DNA of 40,636 bases, from NCBI RefSeq assembly GCF_006345805.1, contig NW_021835425.1, positions 1 through 40,636 on the forward strand, given 5' to 3'. The DNA is from Octopus sinensis. Its lineage: Eukaryota. Positions 35,947 through 40,636 of this stretch are shown here, in pieces. Made by a program: the position numbers and the translations under genes. Position 1 is the stretch's first letter, and each line of letters opens with the position of its first letter. The notes beneath the pieces were generated by a model. That model had not been told where the DNA came from. It made no database searches and saw nothing but the letters and a program-made list of their open reading frames with translations.

Positions 35947-35985
35947 CACAGCCCATCCCACTCAAGGGTTGGACATGGATAATTT
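35947..35985 (-). other. Candidate 39-nt microexon of an unidentified host gene
   Basis: Minus strand: ~55-nt pyrimidine tract ending CCCGTTAG, then a 39-nt exon, then donor GTG|GTAAGT. It is open in two frames (NYPCPTLEWDGL or IIHVQPLSGMGC). Confidence 0.35.
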
Positions 35986-36059
35986 CTAACGGGAAGAAAG
36001 AAAGCGAGCGGGAGAGCGAGGGAGAATGAAGGGCAAATAAACAGAAGACACGACCGCAG

Positions 36060-36200
36060 TACTGGATTGGTATATATCGACCCTGAAAGAATAAACTGCA
36101 CAGCTGACTTCGTTTGAATTAGAGCTTCGAACGCAGAAAACCGGAACGAATACTGCAACACGTTTTCTAACGGTCGTTCAAATGACTCAGCAAACCAATA
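36060..36200 (-). mobile_element. Old tRNA-SINE remnant (13216 family)
   Basis: ATCGACCCTGAAAGAAT...CGAACGCAGAAAACCGGAACGAAATAC-like reverse-complement match. Confidence 0.5.
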
Positions 36201-37009
36201 TATATATATATATAATGTATGTATGTACACAGAGTGAAAGAAAGAGAGAGAGAGAGGAGAAAGGAAAGAAGTTTAAGCAGAATTAGGGTCCATGCAGACA
36301 CACATACTGCGGTCAACTACCAAATTGCAGTCGGCTGAAGAGCGATCTAACGGCATCATGCGCATCCCCATGTAAAAAAGCATTTAAGACAGTTGTTAGA
36401 AACGCATCAAGCCACCACCTCACTATCAATTGTCCGCTTTTTTTGTCAAGGTTTCGTATTCTACTTGTTGTATTTCATAGATAAGAATCAATAAATTAAA
36501 TCTTATATATGATTAGATCCGCCTAATCTCTAATCTCCAGAGTTTGACTGAACATGCAGAAGTATATGCCAGGTCAGCTTCGATCTAGACAAAATGCTTT
36601 TGGCATTTCAAAAGAACAGAATACATGTCTGAGAACATTCACTGAAAAGTTGAACATGTGTCGCGCTGTGTATTCGCTAAAAGGCAAATTTACTCAAACT
36701 GAGTTAAACACAAGTGTCGTTGCTGTTGTTGCTGTAATTGCTGTTGAACACCAGGACAGTTTCTATGTCTTTTTCCATTATTTAGCAGATCTTTGATCAA
36801 AGACATTCGAACACAGGCTTCTCTCTTTTCCTATATTGGTTTCACCATAATTTTCCCCGGCCTACGATATGTAATGTGTCTTTATTTCTTTCTACAATCC
36901 ACTAATGTGTTGCTTCAGTCAATAGACTGCAGACTTGGAAGGGTTTTAGTCGGAGAAATTGACCCCAATATTTTTACACTAATTTTAAATCTTAATACTT
37001 TTTCTAACA

Positions 37010-37090
37010 ATTTCTTTTGCTGAACAACAAGGTTGCGGGAGGTAAACAAACCAACATCAGTTGTCAAACGGTGGGTGGGGGATGTATGAC
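37010..37090 (-). mobile_element. SINE 3' half remnant (11862 family)
   Basis: GTAAACAAACCAACATCAGTTGTCAAACGGTGGG matches 11915-11950. Confidence 0.6.
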
Positions 37091-37194
37091 AGACATGGAT
37101 ACAAACACATATACACGCATATAAACATATACATATATGGGTTTGCACCCAGAAACTTACCCTCCGAGACACAAGTCCAGGCAAGGTTATATGT

Positions 37195-37219
37195 ATGTAT
37201 CTGTATGTATGTATGTATG

Positions 37220-37250
<31 letters not shown>

Positions 37251-37590
37251 GTATGTATGTATGTATGTGTGTATGTATGTATGTATCTGTGAGTATGTAT
37301 GTGTGTATGCATGTATGTATGTATGTATGTATGTATGTATGTATGTATGAAGCTATCTGTATGAATGTATATATGTATGATGATATGTATGTATGCATGT
37401 GTGTCTATTTATGTATGTATGTATGGTTTAATCTGTGTGAATGTATGTATGGTTGTATTAATGTATGTATGCATGTGTATATGAATTCATCTGTATGTAT
37501 GTATGTATGTATGTATGTATGTATGTGTGTATGTATGTATGTATGTATGTATGTATGTATGTATGTATGTATGTATGTATGTATGTATGT
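37195..37590. repeat. (TATG)n array
   Basis: Read directly from the sequence. Confidence 0.95.
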
Positions 37591-38269
37591 CCTTGTATAT
37601 ACTTTTCAAACACTGTATCATACTGATTTTTACTCGGAGAGTAAAAGAATGCGAGTTGGCTGTCGAGGTTAGGGGTATAAATTTTCTGCGGAATACTCAG
37701 CTACCTCATATATTGCCCTACATATCAATGACTAAATAAGATATACATTTCGTTTAATCGATCATCTAGCACACAGATTCTCCAAACCAGCATAATTTCC
37801 ATTTATTCATTATTACAGAAGTGAGAAAACGAAGTCGATTAAATCGTCCCCAGTACTCTCTGTGAACGGAAGCGTGGTGAGAAATGGTTGAAACATGTAA
37901 TTGCATAGTTATACACGATTCCTGCTCTCAGAATGTGTGAATTTGAAAGTATTGTGAAGACAGATCCAAAAATATATTTCTGAATATCCATAATACATTG
38001 CTTTCCTTCAAAGTTAAACTGGCAATCTCGAAAGAGAGAATTTATAAATTGCTCATGGAAGCTCCGTTCACCGTAATCAAAATCCTATTTTTCTATTCCT
38101 GTTTATTTCCAGTGCTGTTTTCAGTGTCATTGCTGCTAAGTGGATTCCAATGGTACCTCTATATATCCAGCTATCCATTCATCTCTCTCTCTCTCTCTCT
38201 CCAAACATACACACATAAACACACACATACATACAAAACTATATTTATACTGAGATGAAGAGATTGGTA

Positions 38270-38423
38270 TATATAATAATATAAACATATATATACATAC
38301 ATACATATATATAATATATATATATATATATTTATATACATAGATATATACATAATGTATGTATATATATATATATATACACAAACACACATACACATAT
38401 TTGAGTATTTATATATATAATAT

Positions 38424-38483
<60 letters not shown>

Positions 38484-38521
38484 ATATATATTATATTATA
38501 TATATATATATATATATATAT
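38270..38521. repeat. (TA)n array
   Basis: Read directly from the sequence. Confidence 0.95.
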
Positions 38522-38569
38522 CACTACTTTTCCTTTTTTTCTTTTGATCTGTCTAGAAATCTACCTTTG

Positions 38570-38792
38570 TACGAGGGTGAGTGAAAAAGTAATGCCATTT
38601 TGTTTAGGACAGTTATAATTACCAGCACAGGAACATGTATCATGCATCAAAATGAAGCTGGTCCTCTGTGAATCACATCCCTGCTTCTCAACATAGTCAC
38701 CGTTTCTCTCAATAGCAATGTTCCACCTTCGAATGACAACATGCATCCCTGCCCCGTAAAATTCTGTTGACTGTTCTTTGAGCCACTTCTCC
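38570..38792 (-). mobile_element. Mariner 3' end: transposase C-terminus plus right TIR
   Basis: Minus frame KWLKEQSTEFYGAGMHVVIRRWNIAIERNGDYVEK matches the mariner C-terminal WL...FY..GI..L..RW...I...GDYVEK. The TIR TA|CGAGGGTGAGTGAAAAAGTAATGCC lies at 38570-38596. Confidence 0.9.
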
Positions 38793-39114
38793 CAAGAATA
38801 CAAGTTGACCGTCGAGGTTAAGAGTAGAGTTCGTGAAGGTGTAGTCATTCTTCCATTGTTGGTCGTTTCCTATTCCGTAGTTGGCCCCGAAAGACTTCAG
38901 CCACACCCCTACTGTAATGAGCTGACAATTATCTATCTCATGTTATTATACATAAATACATATACATGTGTGTGTGTGTGTGTTTGTGTTTGTGTAATCT
39001 TGTACATCTTTCAAAATTTTCATTATATATATATACATATATATAACAAACTGCTTTATTCATTAATATATTCAAACATCTAATATGTTTGGATAAGAAT
39101 GTGTATATATATAG

Positions 39115-39260
39115 ACACATACACACATACATACATACATACATACATACATACATACACACATACATACATACATACATACATACATACATGCATACAT
39201 ACATACTTACATACATGCATGCATACATTCATACATGCATACATACATATATACATACGT
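39115..39260. repeat. (TACA)n array
   Basis: Read directly from the sequence. Confidence 0.95.
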
Positions 39261-40444
39261 GTATGTGTGCGTGTGTGTATGTGTGCGCTTGTGTACGGTA
39301 AGATCGTACTGTGTTTGAAATATCTCGATTAACTAAGATTATGAAATGGATTTGTATCATAAAAGAAAACCTACTTGTAGAGATGTTTAAAATTTGAAAG
39401 CAACAAGCGAATAAAATTACACTAATAATATCAGATGACGATGTAAACAATGCTGATAGGAGTAAATCCTGTCTTTAGTGCCAACTGATTACACATTGGA
39501 CAAGTTTCTGTTTTATTTCACCCCCTCAGTGAAGTGCAATTTCAGTTGTCACGATTATGAGAAGCCTACATTGAGACGAATACACATAGGTGCTTAAAAA
39601 GCACTGTTGCTAATTCGTAGGCTCAGAGTGACGAATCAGACAAATTCACTAGACTAGATACCAAAATAGGGACGTCATCTACTCGTCAGTCCTAGAAAAG
39701 GGTAAATTTGCGAAACAAGAATCAGCACCAAATAGACGGTGCAGCGCGGAGTTGAGAGGAGGGTGGATTTCCTTCAGTTGGAGAAACATGTGTTCTTGTG
39801 ATTCAACACATGTGAGACGCTAACTCTGATATTATTGTCTGTCCGCCACTTTGGCAACGATTGCTAAACCGAAGAACAAAAAATAATTTTATCTTCTCAC
39901 AAATGTTTGAATTAATTTCATTAAAAATCGTTTTCTGTAAGTCTTTATTTTTGAATTTTGGTGTCGCATCAACAAAGAAGTTACTTTTAGTAACCAGAGA
40001 AGAGAAAATAGCAGACAGAGAAAAAAAAAAACCAAAAAAAAAAACAGAAAGAAAAACAAAATGGTGGAGTTTTTTTGCTGTTTGTTTTTTCCTTTTAAAC
40101 TTTTCTGCGGATCGTATAAGCTCCGACAGATACTTCATGACAGATTTAGAACATTCACATTTTAACTGAACGCAAAGAAAAGAGATGCTAACAATTATTA
40201 ATTATCATAACGAATTTATCATTTTTTAATTGTTCACGTTGTTGTTGCTGCTATTGATGCAATCGTTGTTGTTGTTGTTGTTGTTGTTGTTATGGTGACA
40301 ATATCCAAATCAATAAATTCTCACTTGTAGCCGAGTATAATTTTATTGATATTTTTAAAAAATCAACTAGAAACGTATTTTCTGATTTAGGCGCTTGCTT
40401 AAAGATTTCGAGGAGATTAAGATTAGTCGGTACCACCAAGTCCA

Positions 40445-40636
40445 GTACTTTATTATATCGACCCTGAAAGGGGAAAAGGAAAAGTTGACCTCGGCTTGAT
40501 TTGAACTCAGATTGTAAAGAGCCGGAATAAAAGCACTTTTATCCGACGCCCTACCGATCGTGACGCATTTGGCATCTTATAATAATGATTTCAAATTTTG
40601 ACACAAGGCCAGCAATTTCAGGGAAGGTAGTAAGTC
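40445..40636 (-). mobile_element. Diverged tRNA-SINE (13216 family) plus the 3' tail of a second copy cut by the window edge
   Basis: ATCGACCCTGAAAG...AAAGTTGACCTCGGC...TTTGAACTCAG, then AATGATTTCAAATTTTGACACAAGGCCAGCAATTT, similar to 24160-24200. Confidence 0.7.

Noticed and set aside
39721-39747. REST/RE1-like or CTCF-like site
   Set aside because: RE1 spacing is non-canonical and REST is not established in molluscs. The CTCF match has about four mismatches.

Overview
AT-rich, microsatellite-saturated eukaryotic DNA. The tRNA-derived SINE families point to an octopus genome; this is inferred from recalled repeat families, not from a database search. No intact protein-coding gene, RNA gene or CRISPR array can be supported, and almost all listed ORFs are artefacts of simple repeats. 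The window reads as intron or gene desert. It holds three tRNA-SINE groups, a canonical non-autonomous Helitron, mariner and pogo ends, and decayed LINE (Tx1/L1-like, RTE-like) and Penelope-like coding remnants. Five observations stand out. (1) A ~150-215 nt (TA)n-associated repeat, in three copies, carries a minimal type I hammerhead-like motif with a shared A6U change, resembling a retrozyme or Penelope-derived element. (2) A spacer-less ~330 bp palindrome has perfect 71-bp arms. (3) A ~210 bp block appears copied in inverted orientation from 2.7 kb away into a SINE. (4) SINE multimers share one self-complementary junction at two loci. (5) A 16-bp minisatellite shows 32-bp higher-order alternation. 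Two candidate microexons of an unidentified host gene are flagged at low confidence.
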